Assembly (NCBI GenBank): GCA_965637545.1
Contig: OZ281501.1
Location: forward strand, 6,572,001 to 6,636,000
Length of the DNA: 64,000 nucleotides
Origin: Phallusia mammillata
Lineage: Eukaryota
Direction of reading: 5' to 3'
Positions 1-15,500 of this stretch are shown here, piece by piece. Position 1 is the first letter of the stretch, and every line of letters begins with the position of its first letter. The position numbers and the translations under genes are program-made. The notes beneath the pieces are model-generated. The model was not told the DNA's origin, searched no databases, and was given only the letters and a program-made list of their open reading frames with translations.

Positions 1-371
1 TTCGGGGTTATAGTACCAGCTGTGGTAGCTGGAAAGATTGAGATCGAGTCTTGTACAGAGAGGAGTACGCCATTAATCTTGTTAATTCTAATTATCCAAA
101 CGGCTCGGTTGTTTTTATCCTGCTATTGTGTATTCATTTGTCAAAATAAACTCGTTCAAAACTTCAACGTTTGTGTGCGGCAGAAAATAAAATAACAATT
201 CTACTGGTTTTGTACATAGAATTCTAAATAATATTTATGGAGTGGTGTATAGATTAATTTTAGTTGCAATAAATCGAGAGATCTAACTTTGTGGAAGAAA
301 ATCGCGAAATGACGTAACTAATTATGACCGTTCCGCACCATTGGATATTTGGCGTCAAGCGGAACGCCGTT

Positions 372-385
372 GTTGCATGGACAAC
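372..385. promoter_or_regulatory. X-box-like (RFX) palindrome upstream of NPHP3
   Basis: GTTGCATGGACAAC, two mismatches to the RFX X-box consensus, about 125 bp upstream of the ATG of a ciliary gene; CCAAT-like box near 340. Confidence 0.4.
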
Positions 386-510
386 AAAAACGAAAATTTG
401 TTTTGCTTTTGTGAATTATCGACAAATTTAAACTAAACGGCGGGTAGCAATTCATCTCCTAATTAGAGTTCGGACGAATATTTCTAATTAAAAACATGCC
501 ATAACAAAAA

Positions 511-3500
511 ATGGGATCGACTGGTTCAATAGTCGCCGGTCAAGACAATGGAGTTGAGGTTAATATTCCCAACGAAGCATCAGGGCAAGAAAATGGGCGA
601 TTTGATGTCTCCATGAAAAGACATCACAGTCAACCAGCTAGTAATTTTCTCCAAATGATTCAAAGACAAAAGGTAGATCATTTTGTATTCCTCAAATTTT
701 GTGAATTATTTTTAAATATGGTAACTTGTGCATTTTGGGGTGTACATTCAGATTCCTACGATGTTTTTGTACCAGGGTTTCTGAATCATTTTACTTTACC
801 ACTTTTTTGTACACTGAGAAACACTAGTCTGCATAATATGGCAGTTCCCGGCAAGATCTCGGACATGCAGGACCACTTTTTTATTCAGCATGCATGCGCT
901 CCTGCAAACCATTTATGCCGTGGTGCAATGCAAGTAATAAACAGGACTGGACCGTACTAAAAGCTAAATTTCTGTGTACAATTACAAAAAAACAGGGTGC
1001 AAAATATAAAAAAAAAACATGTACAGCTGCCATACTTTGCAGACTGGCAGAAACACGTAGGTTGAGGGGCTCTGGTACAGTTGATTGGGGTTATTAGCAA
1101 CTCAAATTTTTTATCTTGCGAATAAGGAAGGTTCTGCATGTCAAAAACAACTTTAAAAAGTTTTACTTGGCTTCATCACAATTCACAAGATTAAACAAGT
1201 ACATATCAATCAATCAATCAATGCTCAGGACTTGGCGTCCCCTCGCTTTGTTGGACACAATGTTCTTTCTTCGGATCGTACATATACACTATACAAGTAC
1301 ATAATACACTATATTTTCTTCAACAGCATGGTGATGTTGTGTCAAGGCCTACTGCAAACATACGTTCTTCTGGATCGTTTGACCCCTCGTCATCTATATT
1401 TGCCCTTCCAGAAGCAAATGACAAAATACGAAAGGAATATGAAACATTCAAGTTTACAAAAGACCAAGAAATCCAAGCCCTGCAAAGAAAGGTTAGTTGT
1501 TTACAATTGCACTACATTTCAATTAGGTCTCAAATGGTTTCATCAAATTGATAATAGAGGGTAAAAAGTAGTGATGTACCAAACCATCTTCAAAAGATAT
1601 AGGCCAAAATTTGTTAAATGACCGAAAAAAAAATTTTTGGGGCTAAATTTGCCCAAACCAAATGAATTGTATGAAGAACCATTTGTTGTCAATGCAAATT
1701 ATTATGTATATTGATACTGTATGTAAGCTGAACATTAGGGATGCGCCGAGCAGAGCCAGAACCCGAGTACTCGGTACTGAGCATCGCTATTTTTGATGCT
1801 CGGTGCTCGGCCGAGCAGTTGCACAAACTGACCCGAGCATTAAATTTGCATATTCATGCCTTGCTAACATAGGTAGCTAGTGTTCGAAAGGGTGTCTATG
1901 AACAAAAACAAATGATTTTTCAAATGTATTAAATTGTGGAAAAACGTGTACTTCTGAGGCCTGTACAGCTTAATACACCGCTGGTGACGTAAGAGGCCTT
2001 GTAGAGCTAAAACTTAGAAAGGGTATTTTTTGTGACATCATAATGCACCGAGCGTGCTCGGCCGAGCACCGAGCATTAACATGAGATGCTCGGTGCTCGA
2101 CCAAACAGAACATTTGCAATTTTGGCACATCCCTACTGAACATAACATGTTTTTTAACATTGCAATAATAGCGTACTTACCGAAATGTTTGGGCGTATTA
2201 AAACTTTCAGGCTTTATAAGTAAAAGTTGCATGTTTGTTAGGAACAAAAACTGGACATGGAAAACAACAGACTGAGAGCTGAATTACAAGCATTAAATAG
2301 GCAATGTCAGAAGCTGAGAACTGAACGAGATATTGCAATGGAAAGTAGCTATGAAGCAACTGAGAGAGCCACAGCCTTGGAACAGGTTTTTAAAAACTTG
2401 ACTAAAACTGACTAGTTGTGGTTTTAACCCTTTCTTAGTTAAACATATAATTATGTTACTTTCTGCAACTTCATTTCTAGTTGGAAAAAATTGTTAATCT
2501 TTTAGATATTAAGTACAATTGTTTACGTTAGTAGAACACAATACGTTTTCAACTGTTTTTTATTTTGCGACTTTGGTATCAATCTTTGTGCCAATCTCTG
2601 ACACATATTCTTTAAAAAATGAATGGTAATTGAAATACTTCTCTCTGACTTACCTTTTTTTAAACAGGACAGACAAAAAATTCAACGTCAGTTTAAAATA
2701 TTTCGTGAAACAAAAGAATCCGAAATCCAAGCTCTTTTGCATGTAAGTACATTATTAGTAATTCACACAAGGTAATTCTGTTGTTAACAAGTTGCAACGC
2801 TTTTCAGGCAAAAATGCAGTTGGAAAGTCAACTTCGAGGTTTGCGTGCCCATGGCGTTGCTACCGGCGATGACCACAATTTTAGTTCAAACAATGTTGCG
2901 GATGTCATGGATAGTAAGTAACTCTTGAATAGTTTTTAGCACAAGATATAGATTCAATAAGTGAATAACTGAATTATTAGCATCAATGCGAACTACCAGC
3001 GAATGGTGGGCAGCACCTGAAAGTGAAGCAACGTCTTTGTTTGGAAGTTATGCACAATTGAGAAATGGCTCTCATGTTGGATTTGCTGAAAGTGCAGCGG
3101 ACATCAGGGAGCCAGTAAGAGCTGTAAGTTGTTGTAAGTAAAAAATGTAAAACTTTGTTCTCTATGTAATCTCTGTGGTGTGGTGCATGGCCATTTTATC
3201 TCTGTTTGGCAACTTGAAAACTTTTCACAGCAAAATTTTTTTTAACTAAATGTATTGCGATCTGTTGTAAGTATTATGAACATTTAGGTAACCTTTGTCA
3301 GAATAAATTTTTAAACTTTATTTACTAATATAAATACTATTAAATGAAAGTAGGATGAAAACCATATTGTATGTTTTGATGCAAAAGTTTTCTTCACGCT
3401 TAATTTCATGACAATAGATAACACAAAAGCTCAGACTTACCTACTTTTAGTGGCTTAGGCAACTGTCATGCCCAAGGTAAGCCCAACCCCTGACAAACAC

Positions 3501-6500
3501 TGTTTTTTTTCATGCGGCATTAGTGGGCACTATTTTGAAGATTTTTGACTTCCGTCCTTAGTGCTTGGAAGTCTACACAAAGTTGAGGTTTATCATTAAG
3601 AATTAACCACTAAATTTTTATATGATACTAAACACACTAAACCCCATAAGAAAGTCATGCTCTAGGCCTAATTCAGTGAATGCCAAGTGTTATTATTTAA
3701 ATTACCCAAACAAGCCACTAAATCTCATTTCAGGTATAGTGAACAAAAGCGATTTTAAAGACTATTAGTAACAAACTGTACATCAAGCTGTAAAGTGGCT
3801 ATTTTCGATTATAATCTACAAAAAAATTAAACTACAATTTTTTATACCACAGGAAAGTGGTCCTGACCTTTCGCTACAGTCTGGTGACAAGCAAGCCTGG
3901 CTAACCACATCTGCAAACCTATCATCTGTCCTACCTCTTGCCAACACAACTGAAATATGTGGAAGTACTTTGTTAAGGTAGGTCAAGGATAGCAAAATTG
4001 ACAAGCAAAATTGTCTGGACTACAGCACTATTAGAAAAGTGACTAAATCACTTGACAGGTTTAACTAAGTCCAATTATCAGTGAATAATTAGTATGACCT
4101 GCTGTGACTTGACTTATCTTGGTTTCAGCCTTATCTTGGTTTTAAAAGGTTGCCAACCCCTAGTATAACGGAACCATGTATGACTTAACTCTAAATGAGC
4201 ATAAATATAGTATTACAATTAGGGTTTGACAAGTCTAAAAACTTTGGAAGCTAGGTCAGTGCTCTGACTTGGGAATATAATACCTGCATTATAATTTTTC
4301 AATACAAGTGTCATGACATACACACCAGTTAAATATTACAATAAGACTGGCCAAAGCAAAAATCTGACACAACAGGTTTCTGTTTAATATGCCTCTGTTG
4401 TGTATTTGCTACAGGCCTCCTTGCAGGTTTGAATTACAAAACATTGACTTGCTTTTTTTCAGATGTTACCTAGCTGCCACACCAGACACTGTGAATGACT
4501 TGAAGTGTTTTATCAATCATCCTAATATTCGTTTATTGCAAAATGCCTGTGAAAAAGAGGGATATCACCTGACACTGATTCACTTTACTGGTAATGAAAA
4601 GTTGCCAACAAAGACACTCAAAATGGGATCATGTTTGCTTCTACTTTGTATATTTTGTGTTACAGACCTTAATGACTACAACCAAGAGCAGGATGAGTGT
4701 ATTTCTGACGATTCTGAAAAATCTGAGATCATTAAATTGGCCATCAAGCGCACATCCATGTTTTTTATGTTTGTTGGAAATGCTGTTGGGCCGTAAGTAC
4801 CTGTATATTTGTCTTAACCATAGGACTAAGATGTTGGGGGGCAACAACCTTGTGATCACAATGTGTTTGTGCTAACATCTTAGAAACATTTTTTAGTTTG
4901 CACTTTGTCAGATCAATGACACCAATTTGCTGAATAGAGTTTCAACTGTAATGAAAAACAAAACAATTTAAAATTTTGATTTTATATTTATCACTCATGT
5001 TTTTGTCTTAATTGTTTCACATATGTTTAGTGTCATAATCTTTGATTGACTCAAACAAGAAAATACTATGTAACCAACCATTGTGTTTGAACATGCAAAA
5101 AGCAGTATTTTGACAAACAAAGCACAACAGTTTTGACTCTTTTAAAACCATAGATATATTTTCAAGGTACACCGATGTGGAGTGCCAAGAAGGTCATTTT
5201 AATCATCCAGGATGGAAGTCATCCTATTTTTATCTCAAACAATCAACAAATGTGGTAAGAAGTCTGTTTTGTTATACTGCAGTCCAGTGGTTCTCAAACT
5301 TTGTAAGCATGCAGCACATTAACAAACTAATTTTTGTTTGTTTGGTGCACATACAGTCCAACCACACAAAAGTTTCAAAAAAGTCAATTTGTAACTATAT
5401 TTTGCTGATTTAGATTGCGTTTGTACAAATAAGAAAAAAATGAGCTTTTAAATGTTGTTATGTACTCACGTATTTCTTCCAGAAAATTGTTGCTCTTTAT
5501 AATAGCTAATATTTTGTGTCACTTTGGAAATCTGTGCCGACACACAAGTTTAAGAATCGCTGCTGTAGTCTCTCATTTCACAAACCTTTGATAGTTAAAA
5601 TCGAACCAAGTGGTTTCCAACCTTTGGTAGCACTAGCACCAGTTCTTTTTTTACAAACAAATTAGGGGTGCATAAACTCTCAGAAAGGTATCCCTTAGCC
5701 TTCTTTAGAAACTAGCTAAAAAACTGTTCAGATGTTAACTATTAGAATTATCTGGCACTTTGTAACACTGGCATAATAAAACATGTTTATTTTTGTAAAA
5801 AAAAATAAATGTAACAATTTTTTTTTCTTGGTCAGGAAAACAATTCATGCACCACTTTACGCAAGCAGATTATTGGCAGCAATTGCAAAAGAGTTGCAAG
5901 CTACACTGAGTCAGAAGATGGATGTCAACTTGCTGTGAATAACTTGATGAAAGCAGTTCAACTGGTATATCTTGTCAGATAATAACTAGAATTGTAAAAT
6001 AATAGTTACCAGCAAGAGTACAGATAGAGAAAAAAATATTTGCACAATATAAATTTGAAACCCCTGTATAGGAATTTGGAGTTAAGCTTTCTGATCTTAA
6101 CACCAGCAATGTCAGTGACAGTGAACAACATGAGGTATCATGTATTGATGAAATGCCATCAGATGAACACATGGAACAACTGCAGCGAGAAATTATATCC
6201 ACATGTGATAAAATGTTAATAGGGCAACCATTCGGTTTTGAAAAGGTATGAACAAATTCTTGACAAACCTTTTATGTGTGGAAACTGACCACAAAAACAT
6301 CCGATAAAATATCCAACTTAACAATACTTTACCTGCATATCAATCAAAACTTTTACATCAATAACCACTTAAGATCACAGAAACAGTAGCGATCATTAGT
6401 CAAATAAATTAATCAATCATTTTTGTTTTGTGGATCAGCAATGGATAAGATGCTCTGTGGGCTGGTTAAATTAATTCTCAAATCCTTGTCTTTGCTTAAA

Positions 6501-9500
6501 TTCGTCTTAGCAATATCTGACAACATGATATTTTGCACTTAAATAGGCTGTTTCTCACCCTCAACAAATATTTTTGCGTTTAATCTACAATCTACATGGA
6601 CATTTCTGTTTAGTGTTATGAAAGACTGGATGAGGTGGTGACTTCACCAGGTCCAGTTCCACCACTGTTAATATCAGGAACAAAGGGATCCGGAAAGACT
6701 TTACTTTTGTCCAGGTATCTTATTTGCCCTAAAACAGTTGTTGATTACCTTTTAATTGCCATTACCTTTGAGAACAAGCAACTACGACATAACAAAACTA
6801 AAATATGCTTGTGTAATTACGACCTGCTAAGCGTAAAAAAATATACAAATCTAGGTATTTCACAAATTAGGGCAATTACTAACAGAAAAGTAAATTGATC
6901 AATTTTTCCTTTGCCATAGTTGGGAAAGTATAAGTTACCCATGAAAACCAAAAGTTTTTATGTTTGCAGTTGGTTGCAAAGACTAAAGAACTCAAGTCCG
7001 GATATTATTATCCTTCAACATTTTATCACTGGAGGAAAATCAATCGACTCTGATCCTGTTATCATGTTAAGGTAAGGTTGTACCCACAAGCTACACAATG
7101 TTTTTTTAAGCTTGTTGTTTTATTTTGATCCAACAAACTAAAAATCACATGACGAAAATAAACAAACACGCTTTACTGTATTTTAATAAAATATGCATAT
7201 AAGAGATAAAATAGGCTTTCTGTGCAGTGTTTTGTAGAAAACATGCAATAAAACATTATATTTTCCCAATAGCTTTGAAACATTTTTATGCGTTTTTAAA
7301 AACACATTTTGAAAAAAAATTAGGTTGACCTGCGAATCGGGGTGGACTTCCTGGTAAAACATCGTGGGTTCGAATCCCACCACAGGCTACATTTTTCTGG
7401 CCTAAGCCTTGTCACATAAAAAAACGGTGCCCCGAATATTCCCGGCGAATTGTGATTTAGGTTGACGTGAGTTTAATTTCCCTTTCCCGCAAAACCAATA
7501 GAAATTTAATCGTCCATTATAGCGCTTATTGAGAATTCCTATTGATAACTTGTATCTGCAGGCGCTTGTTAACTCAACTGAGGCAACACTTGCCACTTGC
7601 CAATCAGCCTCCTGTGCAAACCTTCTCAACATTTGACGTGAATCGACTACGAGAAACTTTACCCCGGTGGCTCGAACAATTTACTTCGAGAAGAAACAAC
7701 CGAATCCTGTTGGTGGTCGACTCCCTTGATCTCCTCAAGGTAAGTGTTTCTTGCAGGGCATTTTGTTGCACTATTCTTCGAATATCGCATTTTTTAGATT
7801 GTAAACCAAGGCTTATAAAGTTTTTACCCCGATGTTTGTGTGGCTTACAATCAGTGGGCGGCTTATATATTTCGAATCTTGTGCCGATTTTTTTGCATTT
7901 CGATACAAATTGAGCCCTTTTTGCGCGTACACATTAACCTCTTTTAACTTCATAATATGGAAACATTAGGCTTGAAAATGAGTAAATGCGGTACGCCCTC
8001 CATTTAAACTAGCGTTTTATCCTTTTTATCCCCGCGTATTTACATCAAAAACTTGCACACAATCCGCAATTGCTCACTATACCTGTTTTAATTTGGGGAA
8101 AAAACTCTTCGGGACTGACTGAATTTATGTTCAACGTAACTGATACTGGTCAATCTGGCGATCCTGCTACAAAGCTGACAGGTGCAGTATAAAACGTGCA
8201 GGCAACGGTGGTTGAGAATTTTCGAGCCTACGCCTTGCCATATGGGAATGCTTGGTGACCGGGTGATTAGGTTACGCCGTCAATAGGCCTGGGATGCTAT
8301 GACATACCTTTTTGCGCTTTATTTTTCAACTCAGTGCAGCGTGTTGTTTTGGTGCATTTGTTTCAATATGTCACTCTGCAATATAAAATATTTTTTCTTA
8401 AATCAAGTGAAACATTGTGACACAGGATGCTCAGCGCAACTTCCATTGGCTCCTTGATCCTCTTCATGTGGGAGTGAGAGTTGTCATCTCAGTTGGAGTG
8501 GATTCGTGTCCGGAGGAGTGGAGGCACATCCCTACTCTTCATCTCGAACCTCTTTCAATTCAATCTGTGAAGTTACTTCTGAATCATCATGCTAAATCAA
8601 GGGATGTTTCGATTCCAAATACATTGGTAAGAATGCCTGACAAAAAAGTTTGTGTTGTTTTCATGTACGACTATGGTTTTAACGTTCATGGACATACCGA
8701 TTTCTATTGTTACTCAATATGTTTCTGCCAAATCTTCATTTTTCTGTTTTTATGGTTTAGTTTTAGTGGACTTCTAACCAAAATACTGCTTGTTGAAACC
8801 AAGATTAAGAATCATTAAAGCATGTTAACATAAATGCATGGTTAAGTTGAACATATACATTCATATTACCCTAACCCAGTGGTTCCCAAACTATGCGCCG
8901 CGGCACACTGGTGAGATGTCATTAGGTGTGCCGCAAAAAATATTGAAATTAAAATCAATCAAGTAGGGCAGGAACTTGGCCGAACGGTCTGGTGCGCCTG
9001 ACCCATATACAGACATAAAAAACCCTGTTAATGGGGCATCGTCCCCGGGAGAGTCCTGGGTTCGAACCCCGTAAAAAAATCAATCAAGTAGAGTAGTAGC
9101 ACCAGGTGCTTAGACCACTAGGCCAACATGCTTCACGTCTCTGGGATGTTCAACTAGGCTATTTAACTATGAGAGTGACCTGCATAGCGGCTTTATGACC
9201 TCATAGTTAGTGCCTTTGTGAATATAATTTTTTTATTCAAATGTTCGAAGTGCGCCAAATAATTTTTGTTTTTTCTAAAATGCGCCTTAAAAGAAAAAAG
9301 TTTGGGAACCACTGCCCTAACCTAATGGGATCAGCTCTGAAGCGTTCATTTTTAGACTCCCTAAATCCCACCTGTGCCTTGCCAAATGGGAATGCTTGAG
9401 AGACCGTCTTGGTTCAATATCACGTCTTCAATAGGCCTGGCGTACTTTATTTAACGTATATCACAAAATGACTATTTGTTTTTGTACTCACTGATTGTTT

Positions 9501-12500
9501 TATTTTTGTCTTACGTTGGAATGCTTTTCATGTTTTGCATGATATTTATGTTCAGGAGCGTGACGTGGTATCACAATGTCGTACAGCCACAACTTGTCAT
9601 CCTCTATACGTCACACTTCTTTCAGTGGTTGCTTGCAGGTATTCATTACGTCATTGGTTTGCAATATGATTTGTGCTTGCACATCTTATGCTTTTGTACA
9701 ACGTATTGGTACCTATTGTCTACAATAACGGACGGAAGTAATTTCAACTGAAATAATTGACTTAAAACTCCGAAGTAATGTCGCCAGATACTTTACATAT
9801 TGAGTGATATTTTATGTATGTTAGTCATTAGGTAATCTAAACCATACTTCTTTTAACTGACTGAAATGTCATTGTTTTGTAACCTCATCCCGATCACGTA
9901 CCCCCTACTTAGGTATTTCGTACCCTTGGGGTTTACACATACCCTGGTTAAGAAATGCATTGTGTTAATGTCTGCACTGCAAAATTTCTTTAAACAACTT
10001 ACAAAGTTAAAAATGTCATCAAACGTTTATTTTCAGTCATTGGGCTGTTACAACATGCAATCATGCCTTTGATCTTTGATGCTGTTAAAGATACGAATTA
10101 CGAATCATATTAAAACTCCCACAATCAAAATAAACGTCTTCTGACTATATCCTTTCACCGTTATGTAACCAAAGCCTGCTGGCTAATAAGAATGCCACAA
10201 TTAAATACAGCTTTGCATTTTCGGGTGTAATATCTCTTTCAACAAATTGATTTTGTTTTTCAAATTGTTTTTCGTCCAGCGTCTGTGAGAAGAACATTTC
10301 CGAAAACTTTTTCCAAACTTGCCTGCGATCACGTGACCCTGTTGAACTTTATCAGCTGTTGTTACGCTCTGTTGAGCACCAGTTTGGATCCAAGATTACC
10401 AAAACCTGTTTGAAGCCATTCTTTCAGGTAAAGTGCTATTTTGCGCCAGCGTAGGTCCAGACGAGCTCGGTTAATCGCCTATCCCGTTTAATTACATATT
10501 GATCGTAAATCTCAACCGTTTGTGTGGAAAATGATCGATTAACTCGATACAAAGCTCGGCAAACTGGTTATGCTATTAACCGGATCCGACTAAATGTGTT
10601 AGGTTTAACCAGTTGCAAGGTCAAAAAGTTGCTGAACTTCTGATGACAACCGTATTATAGGTAACAATTGTGGCCAAAAATGTAGAAACTGTGGCAGTTT
10701 TTGCACTCAAACGCTCATGCGATAAAGAAGAAAGTTTATTATACACCCTAAGCCCACAGCTCATTCAAATAGTTAATAAAATTGTTTGTTTAGTTTCTTG
10801 CCTGTTCGCGCAATGGTTTATCGGAAACTGAAATATTGTCTCTTCTCCCTGATTTGACCTGGTGCAGTTGGATTGCAATACACAGACAACTATCTACATT
10901 CTGTGTCATCAAAGAATCGGTTGGACTTATCACTGTGCACAATTCGGAGGTAATTCCAGAAGTTTTGATAATAGTAATATGCTGTGAATAAAAATTATGA
11001 CAAATGGCAGAATGTTTTAAACGTTGGTGAGAAAAACTGGCTTTTATCTGTCTTTTAAACTGTGTGTAGTAATCACCAGTCACCAGAGTCTTAGTATGTA
11101 GCGAAAATCACAGACTATAAATTTTAATAAGCCTCAAGTCATCCACTGTTTATATACAGCAAGTATATGTACATCCTAAAAAAATGTGGATTATTTTAGG
11201 ATTATCAAAGTTTAGTCTGCTTGTGTTATATCTTTGTTTTTCGCAAATATGTCATGTTTTGAATTAAAAAAAACGGCTTTTAATCATTTTTTTGGAATTG
11301 CGACTTTTGTGGGCTAGAAATAAATGATTTGTCATTTGTGCTACTAATTGGCCGCAAACATTTGTACATGCTGGACAAAATCTACACAGATCGCAGCCGT
11401 ACTGTACGATCGTTACGTCAGCAATGACGTACATCTGAAGCGGTGTCGTCAGAAGATGCTCGCGTGGTTACAGAAGAGATACGAAGTTGTCGTCACACCT
11501 AGGAACAGCGACATGCTGCTATGGTTACTGCATAAAGAAGAAGATCGAGAAAAGTTGGGAGAGGTTGTCAGGTCACCTATGGTTTTTCATCTAATGTATA
11601 CAAGGTGTGTATATTTGCATGGATTATGGATAGAGATGATTTTTCAAAACAGCATAGCACTTGGTCTTATAAAACTAACTAGCTACTTTGAGGACCCATG
11701 TTTATTGATGTGTTTTTAAGTTTACTTAAATTATGGATAACATGTGCTATATAACCTTTTGACCCCCACTTAATCTGTGACTTCTCAAACGCGGCATGTT
11801 AAAACCATCTGAACAGTGTTCATCAGGAAAACGACCGACGCAATAGCCAAACAAATGGTTAACCCTAAAATCCAATTTGACACTAACATGGCAAACAAGG
11901 TTTACATTTGGACTAATTTATTCATGCAATGATCTTAAATGAGATAGAACTATGTTTGCTAAAGTTCTTCTATAATATAAGTGACGTTTGTCGTTGCTAT
12001 AGTTCTCGATATAGTGTTCTTTGCTAATCCGTAAAGTAATTGTTATCATTTCAAAATCAGTTTCGTACATTTGGTTGAAAAAAGTCTGTCACAATTTTCA
12101 TGCAGAGGTAGAGCTTGCGAAATCGTTCGTTTGTGGAATTACCTTAATGAAGAAAAACGGACAATCGCACAAGAGTATGCCAACGCTTTGAAGCTCGCCG
12201 AATCGAATGCGTCATCAGGTCGAAGCGATGACGTCACGATGAATGACGTAGCGCAGATGTATCAATCACTCGGGAGGTTTCTCAAAGATCTAGGACTAAT
12301 GGAAGAAGTATGATTTAACTTATGGCCAACAAATGGGTTTTCTTATTAATGCTGGTATTATTTTATCACACATAAAAATTTTGGAATAGATATTGTACTG
12401 CATTGACTTTTATGAGATTATTGTTGGCCCCTGTTCCTGATTTCAGACCACACTTTTTTTTCTTTTCTTTTTTTTTCTTTGAAGGCCAGTTAAAATATTC

Positions 12501-15500
12501 TCCAGTTGAATTAGTAAATCACATATATCTGTTGGAAATATGGCAAATAGTATATGTGGTAAATGTTTAAATAGAAACTTTAATTGGCAGCATATAGTAA
12601 AGGCACATTTCTATATTTTTAAAAGTTAAACTCTCGACAAGTTTATAATGTCAAAGGTTTTTCTCAAAATTAGGCTTTCAATTTGAATGGTCAACTTTTG
12701 GTGTTGATCAGATTTAGGTATTGTGTTTATTACAAGAGTTTATTTATCCCCAGGCAGTCGCAGCTCTTCAAAAATCGCTTGAAATCCTGGAAAACATTCT
12801 CGATCCTGACCATCCTGCAGTGGCTGATTCTCTTCATCACCTCGCATCAGTCTACAGTCAGTGGGGGAAGCACTCCCACGCTGAACCTCTGTACAGGTAA
12901 GACACGCAAAATATTTTGTCGTTGCTCTAGTACAGCGGTTCCCAAACTTTTCTAAAAATTTTGCCTGGTGGACCCATTGCAATTATTTTGTTATTTCGCG
13001 ACCCTATAAAAATCAAAGAATGCTATAGGAAAAATGCAAAAACCGCACTAGTGAAAGAAAAAGCAAAAACTATCAAATACGGTAAGTGTGTAATGGGATG
13101 GGTGCACTATAAAGCTTTAAAGACTAATTCTCATTGCAGACCCTCTGAAACTGCTGTATGGACCCCAGTTGGTCCGCGGACCCCAGTTTGGGAACCGCTG
13201 CTCTAGTCTCTGAAGTGTGACACAGCGTAATATCCTGCTGGGTCAAAATCGTAAAGTGTATATTTCCCATTGCAGCTTCTGTTTGCATTTATTTTTTAGA
13301 GTACAAGACTTGGTGTTTTCCTCCTGTTTGAACTTTTGCGTGATAGTAGACAGAAAACTACAATCAAAATAGATGAATTTGTGTCAATTTAGTGTACTTG
13401 CAACCTCCGAAAAATTGTTACAATTCTAATGAAATGAACGGTTTCTCATTGTAACTATACGAGTTGCAATCTTACCTTTTTGAAAGGGCGCAAATAAATT
13501 GCGATTTATACATATGACTTTCTTTTCGATTATTGAATTCGCGACCCCCGAATTTTCACATGTTACCCACAGTTTCGAAAGCCCTGCTTCTAGCATTTAA
13601 CTCAATGACTTTTTCGTCCAGGCAAGCTTTGGAGCTGGTTGAGTGTGCTGTGGGTCGTGATCACTTGCGGGTTGCCCAGGAACTCTCAGCCCTCGTTCGT
13701 ACAGCGCGTAAGACCGGTCGACATGAAGTGGCGGATGGAATGCAACAAAGAATGGTTTCGATTATGCGAAAGAACAGCTCGCTAGGATCGGTAAGTTTCC
13801 TATGCTAAAAGTGTAAGATCAAGCACATAGTAAACAGATCTTTGTGATGGTATATGATTTGTCCACGTTAACATTTTGCCATCTTTTGACTTGAAATGTT
13901 TATTGGTCCAAAGTTCTATTTTACTTTTAAACATTTGTCTAAACCACTTTTAGACAGTGGAAAAATGTTTACCATTACTTAACGCTATTTTTGTGTTCAC
14001 ATTTTCGAGTTTAAGTGGACGTATTTTAATAGGATATGCAGGGTATAGGTATTTTTCTTGGGCCCCTTTTTTGTTTTTGGTAATACGTCATTTTCGTATG
14101 TTCAGAGCAATTTGAAACGCTTGTTGAAACGAGCAGTGCGCCTTGAGGAACTGACATTAGGAGACGAAACCTTGGAAACTGCTCAAGCTCTCAATGACCT
14201 TGGAGTTCTCTATCAGATGCAAAACAACCTTGAGTAAGTCGATCTATTTAGTCTACTTCGAAAATTAGCCATATATACTTGAAACAAACGACTGTTTGTG
14301 AGACATGTAACCTAACCCGTGTTTTTGAACGTTGTTAATGTCATTTTATTTGACTTTTTATTGGGCTATCTTTTACCCTTTGAAAATAGGGACATTTGAT
14401 GCATTGTAGTCTGCCTGTTTTAATGCCTTTTGTGCCACTTTTTGTTACGCTTGGTTCAACCACTGCTTATTAATTAAATTTATGCCAAAACGTTCTTTGC
14501 CGAGTAATACAATGATATCTATCAATTGCCTGTTTCATAAACAAAATGTATAATACACTCTATTATCTCAATTTCACTTTTTAACCTTATCATATTATTA
14601 TACATAACCTACCTCATGTTATTGTATGAGTGTCTTTAAATGCATTTTGCAGCAACGCCGAGTCGTTTTTTAAGCGTTCACTTAAAACGCGGGAAAAATT
14701 GGTGGGGATTTCCCATGCTGACGTGGCTCAAAGTTACCACAACCTCGCAGCTGTTTATAACGAGAAGAAACAATTCAAGAAATCCGCTGAGTGTATGAAC
14801 GCTGCGTTAAAAATCAGGTGGGCCAAACTTAAAAATAATTTGACCTAATTGAGAATTGTGTAAAAGGTCTTTGTTGTGAGTGACATTTTTAAGGTTAGTT
14901 GTAATTAAATTGCACATGCATTGAAGCAGCATTTTGATTGGTCAAATCCCTAGTAAAGGCCAAGGGTCGGAAAAATAACGTGCCAGATCTTCTGGCTCAA
15001 AATGCATGGGAGAAAAATGTTTTAATTAAAAGTATCAGTTTTTGTGGTTTCTAATTTGCCCCCTTCCATATGTACAAATTTACTTTTAACAAGGCACACA
15101 AAATATTGAACACAGTACAACCTACCCATTGCCGTTTCGGCATTTTTTACCATGTTTATTACAATTTTAGAACCGAAGTAATGGCGGATGACGATGTCAG
15201 TATTATTGCAACGATGAAATATCTTGCATTCTTGTACAAGAAGTCCAAGCAGTACGCAAAATCTACGGAGATGTACAAATCAATACTGGAGCTCACTGAG
15301 CAAAAACATGGGCCCGACAGCGTCCCTGCTGCGAACGCAATGGTAACTATTGCTCCTTCTTTTTGCGTTTTTAACAGAGTTGTAAGCGGACCAGAATTTG
15401 GGTTCCATGGCCCCAACCCAAATGTTTTGTAAACAAATATAGCCCAAAGTTGGTGAAATTGCTGTAAAAGTGATTCCAAGTGTGAAGTTAGCCCCTAAAT

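Noticed and set aside
7330-9135. Functional tRNA-Leu genes
   Set aside because: Only A/B-box and T-arm fragments; no acceptor stem or full cloverleaf, and flanking direct repeats point to SINE-type insertions.
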